A DNA stretch of 64,000 nt from Schizochytrium sp. TIO01 (Eukaryota > Protista > Bigyra: Labyrinthulomycetes), in assembly GCA_004764695.1 (NCBI GenBank), contig SMSO01000034.1, positions 4,030,001 through 4,094,000 of the forward strand. Direction: 5' to 3'. The notes under the pieces are model-generated. The model was not told the origin of the DNA and ran no database searches. It saw only the letters and a program-made list of their open reading frames with translations. This document shows, piece by piece, positions 35,401-50,571 of this stretch; position 1 is the stretch's first letter, and each line of letters starts with the position of its first letter. Both the position numbers and the translations under genes were made by a program.

Positions 35401-36627
35401 GAAAGGCGGCCGTCGCCTCGGCAAGCACCACCGTTGTCGCAGACATTGGATCGTGCTCCGCTGGTGCAGAACGAGATCGATGAACGGAACAGTGGAACAG
35501 TGGAACAGTGGAACAGTGGGTGTTGCCTTGAGCGCCTCCTTTGAGTCACCGCGTTCTGAAACGGGTGTTCGTTCTTTCTTCCATTTGAACAGACAGAAAG
35601 AACGGCGCAGGAGGAAGGAAAGAGAGAAAGATAGATGTCTTCTTGGCTCAGCGAAGAGAAAGAAGAACAGCACTTGCAGGTTCTCACTTCGGCGTTCGTG
35701 GCCTCGAGTTTCAAAGGGTGCGATCTAATCTATCTATCCGTCTATCTATCTAGCTCTAGAGCCAACTAGCTAGCCAGAAGTAAATAAATGAATGAATGAA
35801 TGAATGAATGAAGGAATGAATGAAGGAATGAATAAGAGAGATGAAATGAATGAGTCGAAAAGCTCTCTCATCGCCATCAATCCAAAGATCTCTTTTGCTG
35901 AAGACTAGCAATAGGTGGCTTTTAATAGCCATTTGCCCGTCTCCATCTCTCTGCCTATCTCTAGCTAATCTTCTTGCGGCACGGGTCGGAGGCGCGGGGC
36001 TCTTCTCGAGTGCTGTGCTGCCTGCGCCTTAGGAGTTACAAAGTCGTAGGACCCTGTTCTTTCAGGACCCCGCGAGTGATGTGATGTAATGTGATGTAAT
36101 GTGATGTAATGTAATGCAATGTAATGTGGCCTGAGTTTGAGGGTCACGAGGCGTTCCGCGGCAGATCCGCACAGCGGTCTCTATCGATCGATGCGTTGCG
36201 TAAATGCCGTCAGAAGGAGGGAAACCAAACCAACCTTCATTCTCGATTCTCGTTGAAAAAGCCAAAGCGAAGCAAAAAAGCAACAAAGCGAAGCAAGACT
36301 TGCTTGCGAAGATGTGAGGAAACTCGAAACAGTCGCGACGACGACTGTTTTGCTGCTCTGGCTTCTTTCTCCTCCACGGAATGAATGAATCTATCTCTGT
36401 GGCGAACTAACTAGATTGAGTTGAGTTGTGGCCGCTCATTCATTCACGCAAAGCACGCTTGAGAAGAAAGGAAGAAAGGAGGAAAGAAAGAAAGAGAGCT
36501 TTCAAAGCGCACGAGATCTCATCTCTGAAAATGAACAAATTTACCTTCGCCTCTCACACCGCAGGAGGATTTCCGCAGCTGAACTAGTGTGAACTAGGAA
36601 GTAGCCAGCATTTCCTACCGGCAGAGG

Positions 36628-36660
36628 AAGAAGAAGAAGAAGAAGAAGAAGAAGAAGAAG
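36628..36660. repeat. (GAA)n microsatellite
   Basis: Read directly from the sequence. Confidence 0.95.
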
Positions 36661-38565
36661 CCCACTGGCTGCCGCTGCTGGTAACCTCTAAGGGGTGCTA
36701 GCTCAAGCCACTCATATCTCGGTGGGGCAGTCGATAAAAGAACCAAGGTTTTCATTTCAATTCAATTCATTCAAAAAATAAACATTCAAGTTCATATCTT
36801 CCGCCGGTAGCAAGGTACCTAGGGCAAAGCCTAGGGGGCTTCTCGGCGGATGCCGTGGAAAAGTGCAGGGAAAAGTTTGCGCTTTGAATTAATTAATTAG
36901 TTCGAGGGTTTCTGAAGAACTCGCCAGAGGGAGGCCGGCGAAAGCCGCAAGAAGCTGAAGGACCGCAGCGCTTGCGCCACCGTTATGGCCCACGCGGCGC
37001 CAGAGCGGGCTTAAGGGACCTCGAAATACTCAGAGGATGAGGAGGAGCTCGACGGGCCTGCTTTGAGGCAGAAACTGCGGCTGCTCGCGCCTCAGATCTG
37101 CAGCAGTAGGTAGGTAAACAAACAGGGACTACTTAGCAACAGACGGAGGAGGAGAAAGTTAAAAAAAGAACTTTGACGAAAGAGGAAGTTTGGGAAGCAG
37201 AGTTCAGCAGACGAGAGGAGCTCCTTGGCTAACCTTGAGTAGGTGGGGGCTAGAGGAGAAAGCCAATCTAGGAGGGCCAAGGTCAGCGACTGTGGGAAGT
37301 ACTCTGGAGAGGGGAGAAGCTGCTGCGAGTGGTTGGTTGCCCCCCTAGCTGCACTGGAGTTTCTCGTGAACGCCAGGTCGCAGTGGAGATGGGAGGAGGT
37401 ATGCTGGTCGAACGCTTGCTGCGGGGAGCCATACCACCGTGCGGAAAGGGACCGTCCCAGATGCTGCAACCTTCGTAAGAGTGTCCCTCTCTCACTTTAT
37501 CTCTCTTACTCTGTCTTCTTCTTTGGAGAAGATACAGTCGCCTGTTTTGCTGTCTGCTTTAAGGAGCAGGGTAGGAAGCGATAAGCGCACTTGAGTTGTT
37601 GCCAAATAACAATGAAAACCGATGAGGCTAAAAGAGGAGGGAGAGTTTTCATGTTCTGAACCTCTTTTCTTTAATTGTTAGTTTACACTTCTTGAAGAAT
37701 AAAAAATTAAAAGTTTCAAAGTATGTTTTCGAACTAAGCAATATTTTATTTATATATTTTCCTAAAGAAAGAAGAATACGGAGGAAAAATGCTTGAATGA
37801 AGTAAAAGAAGCAGTGAACATAATAAATGTTTTAAATGTTTTTTAAATTAATAAAATTGTCAGCATTAAGAAAAGAAAACAGAAAAATGTTTGGAAAGTG
37901 GGGTAGTAGTAGCAGCTCTTTTATTTTCTCTGTCTTTAACCGGGTAAAGAAAACTCATCATAAGTTTTGGCTGCTTGAGGTAAATTAGAATGAGAGGATC
38001 TTGGATACTTATGAGGCCCTCATTCGATTGGGTGGCAGTTTCTCCACGGAGCAAATTTATTGATTTTCAGAACTTCCTGAGTAGTTGCTGTTGTTTTTAA
38101 AAAATTCGCAAATACATACTACCAGCATCTATTTTTGGCAATCCATACTCAAGAGAAGCCTGCCTGCTATTTGAAAATTTTCCTCGATACTTAAGATACA
38201 TTCAAATGGATATGCGGTTCCCTGCTTTTCGTTTCAGACCGGACCCTAAAAATGTTCCTTTAATTCTATTACTTTCTCACTCTTCTAAAACATGTACATA
38301 AAAATCCATAGCAAGAACATTTGATTTCTTTTGAAACAGTATCTCGTGGCTACATTGCTTGCAGTGTCGAAGTGCCTTTAGCTCCCCATCTCCCGCCAAA
38401 GCATTCTTTGGTAAATCTTCAATTCATTTGTCGATATCTATTCAGCAGAGGACACGCATAATCTTCGTGCTTTCTTGCATTCCTCCTCCTCCTCCTCCCT
38501 CGAGCTTTTTCTGAGCTCACGTAATAAAACGGTGTGCACTCGGATAAGTAAAAGCGATAAGTATT

Positions 38566-39590
38566 TCACGTGCTTTCGAGGGATGGAGTGAAGATAGATA
38601 GTTTGTGATGGTATGTTTCATAGGCCATAATTGCACAGGAGCGAGCAATGAAAATGGTCACTATTGTCAAGGGACTATTCACTAACTCGCCTTGATAACA
38701 CCTCACCACGTGTAGCAGGTTCTCAAAAGTCTTTCTTGTGTAGCTGATAGCGGTGAGAATCAAGTTTAGTAAAGCGTCATTTGTCTTGCACTTCATCACA
38801 TCTAACAAGTCTATGTACGGATTTGACAGCATGGACGCAGTAGCCAACGGAGCCTTTAAAGGTGCTGTCAGGTCCTTGAGATCAGTCTCATCAAGGGCCT
38901 TAGTGGCTGCGGAAAGACGTGTCCGGGTGTAGAAGTATTTAAACAGACGCAGAGGAAGTGTAGAGTCTTCTGAGACAGTTTTACATTAAGATGCATTACA
39001 AACGTGAGCTTGACGCTTCACTCTACTGCGCAATATAGTCAAAGGGGACCACGTGTATGAGCGTTATAGAGGACTTCGCGGTCATGCCCAATTACGTCCT
39101 TCTCCCGCCCGGGGAGCGCCCCAACAATGCGGTCCTTGTTCCTTTCATGTGGTTATGGCATACACAAACTTTGTTGAAGGCTTATAAAATTCTTTGAGGT
39201 TGATCATCATTCCTTTCACCAAAGCGACTATCGTGATTACTTTCCTGGGATGAATGCAGGTGATGAGAGTATGTACTGAGGCGCTTCGTTATAGATCTTT
39301 CCAATGGCTTAATTGTTTACTCCCAGCAAATCATAAGTGCATGGCCCGGTTTATCATTCATGTACTGAAGATATAGTGAGACTCATGGTGGTGCGATAAA
39401 GTTTCTACAGATGCAGCTTAATGTAAACGAATTTCTTAATAGATTGTCCATGATGTCGGAGATCCCTTCGTTGATGACATAGTTCTTTTCAGCAATCGAA
39501 GCACGAAGCTTTCTAAAGGTGTCACGAGGTTGCCAGAAGATATTTTGATGCCAATCAGTGTGGCTGTTCGTCCAAACGAAGCTGAACACT
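38566..39590 (-). pseudogene. Possible decayed gene fragment
   Basis: Repeat-free island with two same-strand protein-like ORF pieces (39383..39589, 38566..38847) inside a microsatellite-rich desert. No family recognised. Confidence 0.25.
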
Positions 39591-42500
39591 AATTAATATA
39601 TGGAGCGGAGCGCGTCAAAGAGCTACTTATGCATACTAACCAACCACGTTTATTAAGGAACTAATAATCAGAAAGAAAAAAGAAATAAATTAAAAGAGAA
39701 AACAAAAGCCAAGGCTTGATGTCTCAATTACAGATAGCTTTGTAGATTATGTAGTACCTGCTTACAACAACTCAAGGTTTCATGCTGCCTATAAAACTAA
39801 ACGTGGCTGGCTTAATCTGCCAAACGTGTTTACCACGATGGCAGGCAAATGAATGCTTTCTACAGTCACTCTGAAGATTGATTGGAAAGCTACAGTTTCC
39901 TTTAGAACCTGCAAATCTGACCCGCCTTGCCACTACAGTCTCGGTACAACGACCGCAGAATTCCTCCAGAGCGGTCTGTGCGAAGGATGCCCTCATGCAG
40001 CCAGCCAGCCAGAATTTATTTTCATGCTGTACAAATCCATCGATAAAATGATCGACATGGCACTTTGGAAAAAAGCAAAATCAAAACCCATAGTCTTCAG
40101 AGGCGTTTCATTTATCTCCTCTTCTATTAAAACGCCAAGAACTGGTCTGCCGCAGAGCGGGCTCTCCGCGCAGGCTCTCTTTCTAGTTATCATTTTAATC
40201 ATTTTGATTTCATAAATAAATAAATAAATAAACAATGAAACACTTTCAAGAACCGCAGACCAATTCCTGACCACTATTGCTGTTCCCGCTGCTCCTATTA
40301 CTATTATTAGTATCTCATATGCTTACTCGTAAATATCTCAAGGGACTTAGGAGGGGCACTTCGAAGAAGGCGGTGATCGCGAGCAGCTCTTACCATAACC
40401 TCTAGTGGAGCTGCTACCGGAGCGGCCCAGTAGGCCCCGGGGGCAGGTGTCACTGGCTCTGCGACCTCCGTCGCGGATCTCATCTCATCAATTGCGCTGA
40501 TTCCTTCACTTCTTCGCCGCGTAAGCTCAGACAGGACACGGGATCAGCTCGCGAGCGAGCTCAGGCAGAGCGTCTCTCGCGCCGGCCGGCGTCTCGGCTT
40601 TCGCCAGGTCGCATGCGACGCCCCGCAATCATCGCAGTCGAGAGCCGCGGAGCCGTTCCCTGCTGCCCTGCTTTCTTTCCTTCATTCAAGAGCTTCTGGT
40701 CTACGAAAAATGCAAGTTCTCTCCAGGCTTCCGAGTGAAGACGGACAGCGGCCTCGCGCTCCTCGCAGAGAGCTCAGAGCACCTTCTCGGCGCCCTCTCT
40801 CATCTCCGCAGCGTTCCCCTTCGTTTCACCTGAGCTCCGGCTCCTGCATCCATCGGCTTGGCATGGGCATCGGCATGGCCATCCTCCTCCTCCTCATTTC
40901 ATCATCTCTCGATCCTCGACTCACCAGACAGGCGGAGCTCCAGCCCGTCTCTCAGCCTGCGTGCCAACGCTCCCTCCCGCCCGCCCGGCCTCCAGCCGCT
41001 GCCGCTCTGCTCGCGGCGCTGTGTACTACCGTTGCGGAAGGGCACAGAGCACGCGTCCACGGGCCTGAAAAGGGCCCTGAGAGCGGCCATCTTTTGAACT
41101 CGAACAAACAAACAAACGAACGAACAAACAAACAAACAAACAAACAAACATCGCGGTTCAAAAGTGGTCCCAGGATCGAGGGAACTCCTACCGTTTACGG
41201 TATCTGGAGGCCCCTACCCCTCAGCTCAGAGTAAGCGAGAGGCGGCTAGGGGGTAGATGGGATAAAGGCTAGGAGTGCAGCTGAGGGGTTTCAAATTACA
41301 ATCGATTTATTTGTTTGTTTGTTTGTTTGTTTGTTTGAACTTGTTCGAAGATCGCGTGGAGAGCGGCGAAGGGGGCAAACGCAGAGAGAATAAGTGCGCA
41401 GGAGCCGAGAGTGCGGAGCGAAGTTTGGGGCGCTTGTGGGCCTTCCGAATGGAGCTTTCTGGAATTCACGTCGCTCCTCGAGTTTGTAATTTCATCGCGT
41501 TCTCAAACTCATCGCAATTCCTCATTCTTTCATTGATTCATTTCTTCATTCGAGTCTCTCTCAAGAAAAGAAGAGGAATTCGCTCGTAGAGAGGAGCATA
41601 GTTTAGTTAGTACCTACCTATATACGTACCCAATGCACTCGTGACGTGAGAAAGAGAGTGAATGCGGCAGATCAGAAATGCGTTTCGCTCAGAGAGCCCT
41701 AGCAGAGGCTAGGCGAGTGGTAGCAGGGGGCCTCCTGCTATCGATGGGTAGCGAACTAGAGGGACTCGTCTTTCATCGCTCCGAAAGCCGCTTTGCGTCG
41801 AATGAAAGCGACTGTATCGCTTTTGCTCTGCTCCGCTCCGCTCAGCTCTGCTCCACTTTTCTGGGGTGTCTGGGCGAAGATTGGTACGCAGAGCCGAGAG
41901 CTTTTCAGGGAAAGGGTCAGGATCGAGCACGCAGAGAGAGGCCTGGAGCGGCCGTGAGCTTACCCGCACTTGGCTTCGCAAGATGAGCGAAAAGTTGGGA
42001 CTCTTCGCATGGCACTCTAGAGAATATACATAGGTACATCAATAATGGTACGTTGCTCGAAGAAGGAAAGCGAAAGCGCTTTTGTGCTTTTTATGCTATT
42101 CTATCCTATTCTATTCTATTTTATTCTGGTTCTCCAAATATGATCCCATTCTATATGTCCTCTCCTACTATCCCATAATATTACTATTTGTTTATTTACT
42201 TATTAAAATAAACATAATAATTAAAAAGCAGTATGAGGAGTATTGAGAATGAAAGCATGGAAAGGTTGAATAAGAAAACACATGGGCTTTCGGTAATTAA
42301 TTCCCCAACCTTTACACCTCGGAGAAACTAGTATTCCATAAAACTTAGCTCACACTTTTAAAAATAAATAAATAAAAATTAAAATTAAAATTAAAACATA
42401 TTTTTTAAAATAAATGTTTTTTAAAATAAATGTTTTATTTAAGAAATAAATAAAGATGAGTGTTGAGACCCTAAAAATAAATAAATGGGGAATCCACTTT

Positions 42501-43183
42501 GAACAGATGTGACAATGTCTCGGGGAAACTTGCGCGCTCCTTACGATTTGATGCAAAGTAAAAGGAAAACCCTTTTGTTAGTTCCTGTTTAGTTGTAAGT
42601 ACACACTGCTAGTCAGTCGCCATAGCGTGTGCCACGCTAGCAATAAAAGAAACACTGACTCGAGTTTCCTTTTCAGTGAGAGAACCGGAAGAGAAAAAAG
42701 TTCAACTTGTAACAATGGATCAGGAAATTTACATTCCTTCTTTTTATTCAAAAGCTTAGAATTTTACTCTCAATTATATATCTATCTATCTATAATTGAA
42801 AGCCACTCACATATAAACTAGCACCTTCATCCCTCGAAGAGGAGTCAGAGCTAAGTAGGCCTATCCCATGAAGTTATGGAGCAAGCTCAGCGGCGAGTCC
42901 CAATGTACCCCCCAGAGTGTCTAGCGTTCGATGCAGCAACCGATGCGAAAGCTTACGAAGAAGCCATCGAAGAGAGGCGTTTGGCACGTCTAGCGCAACG
43001 AAATGCCGAACTAGTGAGACCCTGAACTCGGCCCTACATTATTCATTCATCCGCATGCGCTTATTGACCATAGCAACACAAGGACGGTGGGTTCATTCAT
43101 TCATTCATTCATTGATCATGAGAAATAGAGGTCACAGGATCGTTCGATCGATCGATTGATCGGTCAATCAATCGAGGGAGCCC

Positions 43184-43243
43184 AAGTTCGAGTTCAAGTT
43201 CAAGCTGAGTTCGAGTTCGAGTTCAAGTCCAAGTTCAAGTTCG
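43184..43243. repeat. Degenerate (AGTTCR)n hexamer repeat
   Basis: Imperfect run of AGTTCG/AGTTCA units read directly. Confidence 0.85.
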
Positions 43244-46200
43244 AGAGAGACGAGTCCGTAACAACGCGGGCGTCAGGTCGTGCCTCCGCCGCGGCAACCC
43301 GGAGCGCCTGAGTTCACAATGACGCACGAGGGATCTTGGGTTCTGATCGAAGCCCACGAATCCCTTCCAACGAAAAGAGGACACGTCGATAGAACAGGGA
43401 GAACAAGTAGAACAAATGGAACGAGCTCTCAGAGACATCGAGTCAGACAGCTATAGCTGTAGCAATTGGGTAAGGGGCAGTAGCAGTGCGACTGTGTTGA
43501 AAAGGGTCTCTTCGGGAACTGAAAAGGGGACTAGGAATAAACAGGTGATGATGAGATTGGTGAATAGGCTCATCTTCGCCATCGGCATCATCGTCAGCAG
43601 CTTCGTTGACGTGCTTTTGCTTCCTTCACCATGCAGTGCGTGCGTGTCTACCAATCGATCGATCAGTCAGTCAGTCAGTCAGTCAGTCAATCAATCAATC
43701 AATCAATCATCGATCATTCATCGCCATCTTTTGGTGTGGCTTGAGCTTGATTCAATATTCACTCGAAGAGGAAGGAAGAAAGAGAACTGCGCTGAGCGCA
43801 GTAGCATGCAGAACTAACAGCTTAGGAGGTACACCTACTGGGAGTCTTCTGCACGAGAGAACTTCGGTCTTACTCAATAGTAAGTTTAGTTCTTTATTTA
43901 CTTTACTCTCTTCTACCTGCAGGTTAACTTTCTTTCTGCATATTTGACAATTAAGTTTTAAAAATAGAATTTAAAGTATTACTTAAAACACTGCGTGCAA
44001 ACTTTCAAGTCGCTTTTTCAACATAATTAAAATAAATAAAATGAGAAAACGTTTTCAAACTCCAAGAAAAGAGTTTTTTTCCTCCTTTTTTTCTTTAGAA
44101 CAGTTTAGTTATACGTCATCGAAGAAAAGGAACGAAGATGACGATACCGCTAGGATAGCAGTAGTAGTGCTTACTTGGAGGCTTCCCATCATCCCTCGAG
44201 GCGCTCTCTTTGCACGAGATTTACACATATAATCTCCAGAGCGAACGTGCGGCGCGTCCTGTTCTCCTTGGAGGATGGAGAGGCGGCGTACGCGATGAAA
44301 ACAAGCGTGCTGACGATGACCCATGAATGAACGGTTTTGTCGCCAACCTAAACTCCTTCGTTCGTAAGGAGCGGCCCTTTGGTTCTACTGAGATGACGTT
44401 TGGTCTGCCAAGATGGCCATTCGTCAGTCCACCTATCTATCCACTCTCCTATGTACGTGTCTGTCACGCCCGGTCTCTCCTCGAGAGCTGACTTTCCAGG
44501 GACCGCAGAACCATCTCTTCGCCGCGTCTGTTGATACTTTGGTGCGTCACACAGCTCCTTGGCTGCTCCTCGAAATCACGGTGGGGTTACAGAGGTTCTC
44601 CCGTGTACAGCACGGAAAAGATAGCCATCCATCCATACGACCGAGAGGGCCCTTGAGCCACTCCTGCGAAGGTCCTGCACAAGGCATCGCACGATACACA
44701 ACATGGGCTGGCTGATGGTAATGTTGATCTTCTATGGAAAGATCGTATCGTATACATGCGAAGATCTCAAACTCTTCTTCAAATTGGCTTGAATAAGAGG
44801 TAGAGCATTCAGATCCTATCCCAAGATTGGATGTTTATGATAGTATGAAGCCTTTGGACTGTGTTGCGACGTCACGAACCGAACGGGGGAGGGCAGATCA
44901 GTTACTAGCTTGACGGAGATTAATTTGTAGCCATCTCGCTGATCCTGGGATGACACATAACCTACATACATACATATATTATGTATATTTGGACAAGGTG
45001 CTCTCACATACGAGGAGGAAGCTTGTAGAGCGAGGATTCACAATGACACTCGTTGCCTATGCGCTGGCGACCCCGTTCGAATTCATGGAACGAAGTCTAT
45101 TATATATTCCACATGCGGAAGTCAGCCATAGCTTGCTTCGCTTGAAGCATGCACGCATGCGAAGCTTGCGAGTATGCCAGACTCGATCAAACTCACGGCA
45201 ACAAAGATTCTGAGCGCTCCCTTCGCTATGGATACTGTGGAGGGTGTATAGAGGCACTCCTACTGCTCTCTAGTTACTTATGCTTCTCTCAAGTTATCTG
45301 CTGACACTTGGACTTGACAAGAAGATATACTTCTCGTCTTCGAATACAGAATGCACTATTGTCGAGCATTGCTCCTGTCTTTGGCGAGCCTGGCGCTTGG
45401 ACGTCTCCTTCTTGATATCATCCAACGAATCCACCAAGTCGTGAGTGTTTCTTCAACATTCCACCTGGATTCAGTTTCCATGAGGAAAAGGTTTATTTAT
45501 CATTCGTTCCTTTTTGCGATATCTTCCACCAACTTATCATCGTCCAAAGCTCCTCTTCTTCTTCACGGGATGGTTTCTACGTCCATTCACGTTGTGTGCT
45601 TTTCTGAGCTGCACGGTTCGCGAGTTTGCTTCTCCTGAGCTGCTTCTATAATGCCTTGCCGTGTCAGACACATTTCAGGGTCTCGAGGTCTTACAGGGAG
45701 GCAATTCAACAGCAGTCTAACAGGGAAGCTTCCGTTGCACTTTGGCCTTCTTCCGATACCTCTTCGCAGGCGCGGGAAATCACTGGATACACCTGCAAAG
45801 GAGACGGAGACGGGGGCGAGCCGATCCTCGGCTGCGTTTCTGCAGGGTTTCCACGCTGACCGACCTCCGCTGTCGATCTGCTTGCTCGCACGAAGCTTTC
45901 CGCAGCGGACCCTCTGTTGCAATCAGTCCAAAGAGAAAAGCGGGCAAGTCAAACGAGATAAGGCTTTGATGGATTGATTCTCTCTTCTTTCTGCAGAGGA
46001 GGGGATCTACAGCGCACGGAAAGCCCAACATTGGCGTCTCTCCTCCTCAGGGCAGAACAAAGCCTTGCGCCTTTCTTTCGAACATACGACGTGTGCGCTC
46101 ATCGCAGAAGAGCTTTTTCAGCTATCGATCGATTGATCGTTCTTCTTTCTTTCTTTTCTCTTTCTTTTCTCTTTCTTTCTTTCTTTCTTTCTTTCCAGCT

Positions 46201-46358
46201 TGTCAATCAATTACCTCTGCCTGCTATGGTACTCCTAGCCGCCTGCTACCGTCAACAGCGACTACCTAGCTAGTGCTAGCGATGCTCATAGTCGTATCGT
46301 GGGGAACAGGGAACGGGTCGAGGGAAAGAATGCGGAACACCACCGCCTGTGCCGAGTT

Positions 46359-46361
46359 TTT

Positions 46362-46422
<61 letters not shown>
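46359..46422. repeat. (TTTC)n microsatellite
   Basis: Read directly from the sequence. Confidence 0.95.
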
Positions 46423-46424
<2 letters not shown>

Positions 46425-49400
46425 CTCTCTCTCTTTCATCGTCAACCCCGTTCTTCGCTAACGTGCGGAAAAAGGTTCCCGCCTTCTCTTCCTCACGAAT
46501 CGAAGGATTGACGAATTGACCAATTGATGGATGGATGAGTGAATGAATGAATGAATGAATGAATGTCCACACTGACCCCGTCTCTCTTTCTCTCTCTGTC
46601 TGAGTTTCACAAGTCATGGAAACTGACTTGGACGCGCGAATCAACGCGTTTTACTGCGACTAGCAGAAGCTGCGATAGCTGATTATACGCGATGTTTAGG
46701 AAGGGTGCCTAACAGCGTAGCATTAATAAGGAATGAATAAAGACCTATTCTAGCTAGCTATCTATAGCTATTTATTACTCTTTCATCTCTTAAAGGATTG
46801 TTTTCCACGGCTTTGTTTTGCATTCACGTTATTAATTTTCAATTAACTCTACTCTACTTATAATTGTTATTACTATTATTATTCTATTTACTTATTTTTT
46901 ATTATTAGAAAAAGAAGAAGAAAAGAAATAGTAATAATTAATGAGCCTAAGAATCCGTCGAAATTCATGACCCCGAATAATGCAAATCAATGCAGGCAGT
47001 GCGAATTGCACGGTTTCGTGTGCAAGGGGAGGGAGGTGGCCTGCCGATAGTTGAAATAGATGGCTTGGAGTGCATCAACCACACAGGTCTCTGGTATACG
47101 CAGAGCGGCGAGGAGTCGGTGGAATTTGGATGTCCAGGCTCAGGTGCGCGCAAATCCACTTTTAAAAATAAAAAGGTGTCGCATTTGATTCTATTATTCT
47201 ATTAAACAACATAAAAATGTTATTTCTGAAAGTACCCTTTCGACTTCTTTCAGCCTCCTAACTGGACCTAGATTCCAATATATAATGTATGATGTCTATG
47301 TCAGTTTGGTATATTTCCTTTTGACTTTTTGATTTAAACTTTAAAATATAGCACATACATCATACAGATAGATTTGTTGAAATAAATTATTTAAAAAGTT
47401 AATTAAAACGTTTAAAAATATAAAAAGGACTGCCAAGGACCCCTGGTTTCATTCACTTCACGATTCCACGATATTAGTAGTCGAAGCGATACCTCATTCC
47501 CGACAAGGTCTTCGCTCGCCGCATTTGATTCGCAGTGTCAACCGCTTCGCGACAGCTGCGGATGTTAAGCATTTCAAAAGGGCAGCTACAGCCAGTACCG
47601 GTCGGCAGAACTTCGCCTCGCGCGCGAGATTCTGCGAAGGCCTTTTTCACATGCAAGACCAACAACGCATTCATTCATTCATTCATTCATTCATTCATTC
47701 ATTCAATCAATCAATCAATCAATCAAAGAATCAATGCAGGAGTCGCTTTCTGCAATCAGCTGCGAGGACGAACTAGCCCGCTGCCAGCTCCTTCGCCTGG
47801 GTGCTGCTGCGTCTAGCTCGTGCATGCGGCCTTTGCCTCTGGAGCGACACCTTGGATCCATTATTATCCAAGTTCGCTCCAGCTCCCAAGTGCCGTTCCC
47901 AGAGAATTTGGGGTACCTGCCTGCAGCATGACATACGAATTTGACGTCCTCCTCGGTGCGATCAAAGGCAAGAACAGCCACGTGCGGGAGGGGTTCAATG
48001 AGTGCGTGAGTAATTGCGTGAGTGAGGGATTGAGTGAGTGAGTAATTGCGCTCCGAAAACCTCGTCAAGGCTCCCGCAATTTAGGGATAAAGGTGGATGG
48101 ATGGATGCTGCTGGTTGGAGCCTCGCCTCTGGTCTGCGTGGTTGATTCTCTAAGGATTGATTGGTTGCTCGAGGGTCTCTTATGGCAGGATATAGTGATT
48201 TTGGGCATCGTGGAAGCGAGGTTGTGCTGCTGTTGTGCTGATTTTGTGCTGCTAATCCATCGAGGTTGGCAGCCAATGGAAAGTGCGGGTTTTCCGCATT
48301 CCGAGTGTGTTTGGAGAGGAGGAGAAAGTGAGAAGTAGATGACGGTTGGCGATTCGTGAGCACTTGGCGAATCCATTCTCAGGTCTGGCGACATAGCGAC
48401 CAAAGCAATAGAGCATCAACTTAGAAGCAGAAACTGCAATGTGCGACGCTAAAGTTGACTGATTCACATTGCAACAAATACTTTACAACAGCTTGACCTT
48501 GCAACTTATATGGCATCAACTGCCTGGGTACCTAGGACTTCAAGTGGATTCTGCTAACTCAATCGGCACGTGCACCAATCAGATGTGCATTACAGAATAC
48601 ATAGATCTATAAGGTCTGCATATATCAACATGGATGGATTCAATTGAGCGAGTTCATTCGTGCCTTGTTGGTTTCTAGGCACCGAGGCCCTCCAGCGATG
48701 TGCGGACGATGGTGGATTGTCAAGTTTGTTGTGCAGTGCGGGGCCGAGCAAAGCTCTGTGATTTTGTCTATTATCAACCCACAGATTCTTGTGAGCGCTA
48801 AAGTGGACTTTGAAGTGCAAACGCAAGGCCTCATTCGCCAAAATCTAAAGAAGCAAAGCAAGGCAAAGCAAAGCAAACAAGCAAGCAAGAAAAAAGACAA
48901 CAGAACACCCCTTGTTTCCTGATGATGTTTTAACGACAATACACTTTGGATCACGTTTGCATTCTTGTCCTTTTTTGGAGCATCATTTTGATCGAAAGGA
49001 AAGTGCGCCTCGTTCCCGTACATATCTAAAGAATTAGGATCAATCAAATCAGCACCGCAGATTTGAGCAAAACAAAGAAACAAAAAAAAAAGAAAGAGCA
49101 ACTCATTGATTAACCCATGATGTACAAAGTGATCAAGATCTTCATCGCAAAACGTGTGAGAGCATCCATTTCAGGTTCAACTTCGTCGTCATCAACCCTC
49201 CCGCAACCAAAACCGCAAGAGACCCTTTTCCTCCTCAGTGTCCTCCTACGCCTTCTGCTCCACCAGCTCCACTCCGCGCAGACCACCAGCACAAGGCACC
49301 ATTGCGCTCCCCTACAGTTATGCCTATCTGCTTCCTAGCAAGGCAGGTGCCATTCTTCTTCCTGGTTCTTGGTGCCTACTATAACGCATAGGCACTAATC

Positions 49401-49470
49401 CCCTCACGTTTAGATGGATAGATAGATAGATAGATAGATATATTGCAGAAAGAAGAGAAAAGAAAGGCTC

Positions 49471-49526
49471 TGCTTTGCTTTGCTTTGCTTTGCTTTGCTT
49501 TGCTTTGCTTTGCTTTGCTTTGCTTT
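49471..49526. repeat. (TGCTT)n pentanucleotide microsatellite
   Basis: Read directly from the sequence. Confidence 0.95.
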
Positions 49527-50571
49527 AGGCTCTGCTTTGGGCTTATGCTCCTTTCAGGTCCCATCTTCGCTGCGGATGAGCAGGATAGTGCATGAGAAAA
49601 CAACAACGGAATAGAGAAAGAAGTTAAGAAAGAAAAGGCAGTGAAGCGAGCAAGAAAGCGCGAACTCGCGGGAGGGGAAATCAGCTAGAAAGAAATGCTC
49701 AGCCAGGTACAACGAATAAAAAACAAGCAAATAAACAGGTAAATAGCTAAATAACTAAATAAATAAACCAACAAACAAATGAAGTAAAATAAACTAAAAT
49801 AAACAGAGGTCGGGAAACTGGAGCCACGATTGGAACATGCACGCAGCAAAGCAACGAAACCTCGGCGCCACGCATTGTCCCAGACTCCAGCGCAGAGGCT
49901 GTATGAACACAGGCAGGCAGGCAGGCAGGCAGGCGACGTGGCGTGGCGTGGCGTGGACCTCCTCACGCAACCAGGCAGGACCGGCCAAGGCCAGCCTCTG
50001 GGATGGTTTTCCTTCTGCTCTGTGTCTCTCGCTCTCTCTCTCGAGATGGACAGAAGAAACAAACAGCAGAAAAGAACAGCAACGATCTCTCGATTCTCCA
50101 AGACTCACAAAATCGTTACGGTCTTGATTCTAATCCATCCCAACTTCTTTGGCCCAGCCTTTCTTTAGATGGGAACAACCTTCCTTACCTTTGAGCTATT
50201 TACTCATTCACATTGGAGCGAAGAAATCGTTTGGAACATGCCATCTCTTCTCCTCCTCACAAGGAAAAACAGCAACAAACATTCTTTCATTTTTATTTGT
50301 TTTGGCGCGATCATCAAATTCACTGTTTGAATTTTCCGATTAATGGAAATAAAAAACATGTTTTTAATTTATATTTTAAATCAAGCATAAGTTTTTCCGA
50401 AGGTGGCTCGCACTGCTTGCTCTACAATGCATACAATTGCTTCCCGACTGTTAGTGCTGCTGTTGGCTAGGCTTTAAGCTACTGCACGTCACTCACGACA
50501 ATACAATGGCAGTAGTACCTTCCATGGAAAGTGTCTACGTTCGCCTGCTTCTGCCCAATCGACCAATAATT

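Noticed and set aside
30884-42000. 100-180 aa GC-rich ORFs in the desert (e.g. 31078..31578, 32004..32543, 40710..41234)
   Set aside because: R/S/P/A-rich, interrupted by microsatellites, often without ATG, and with no domain motifs.
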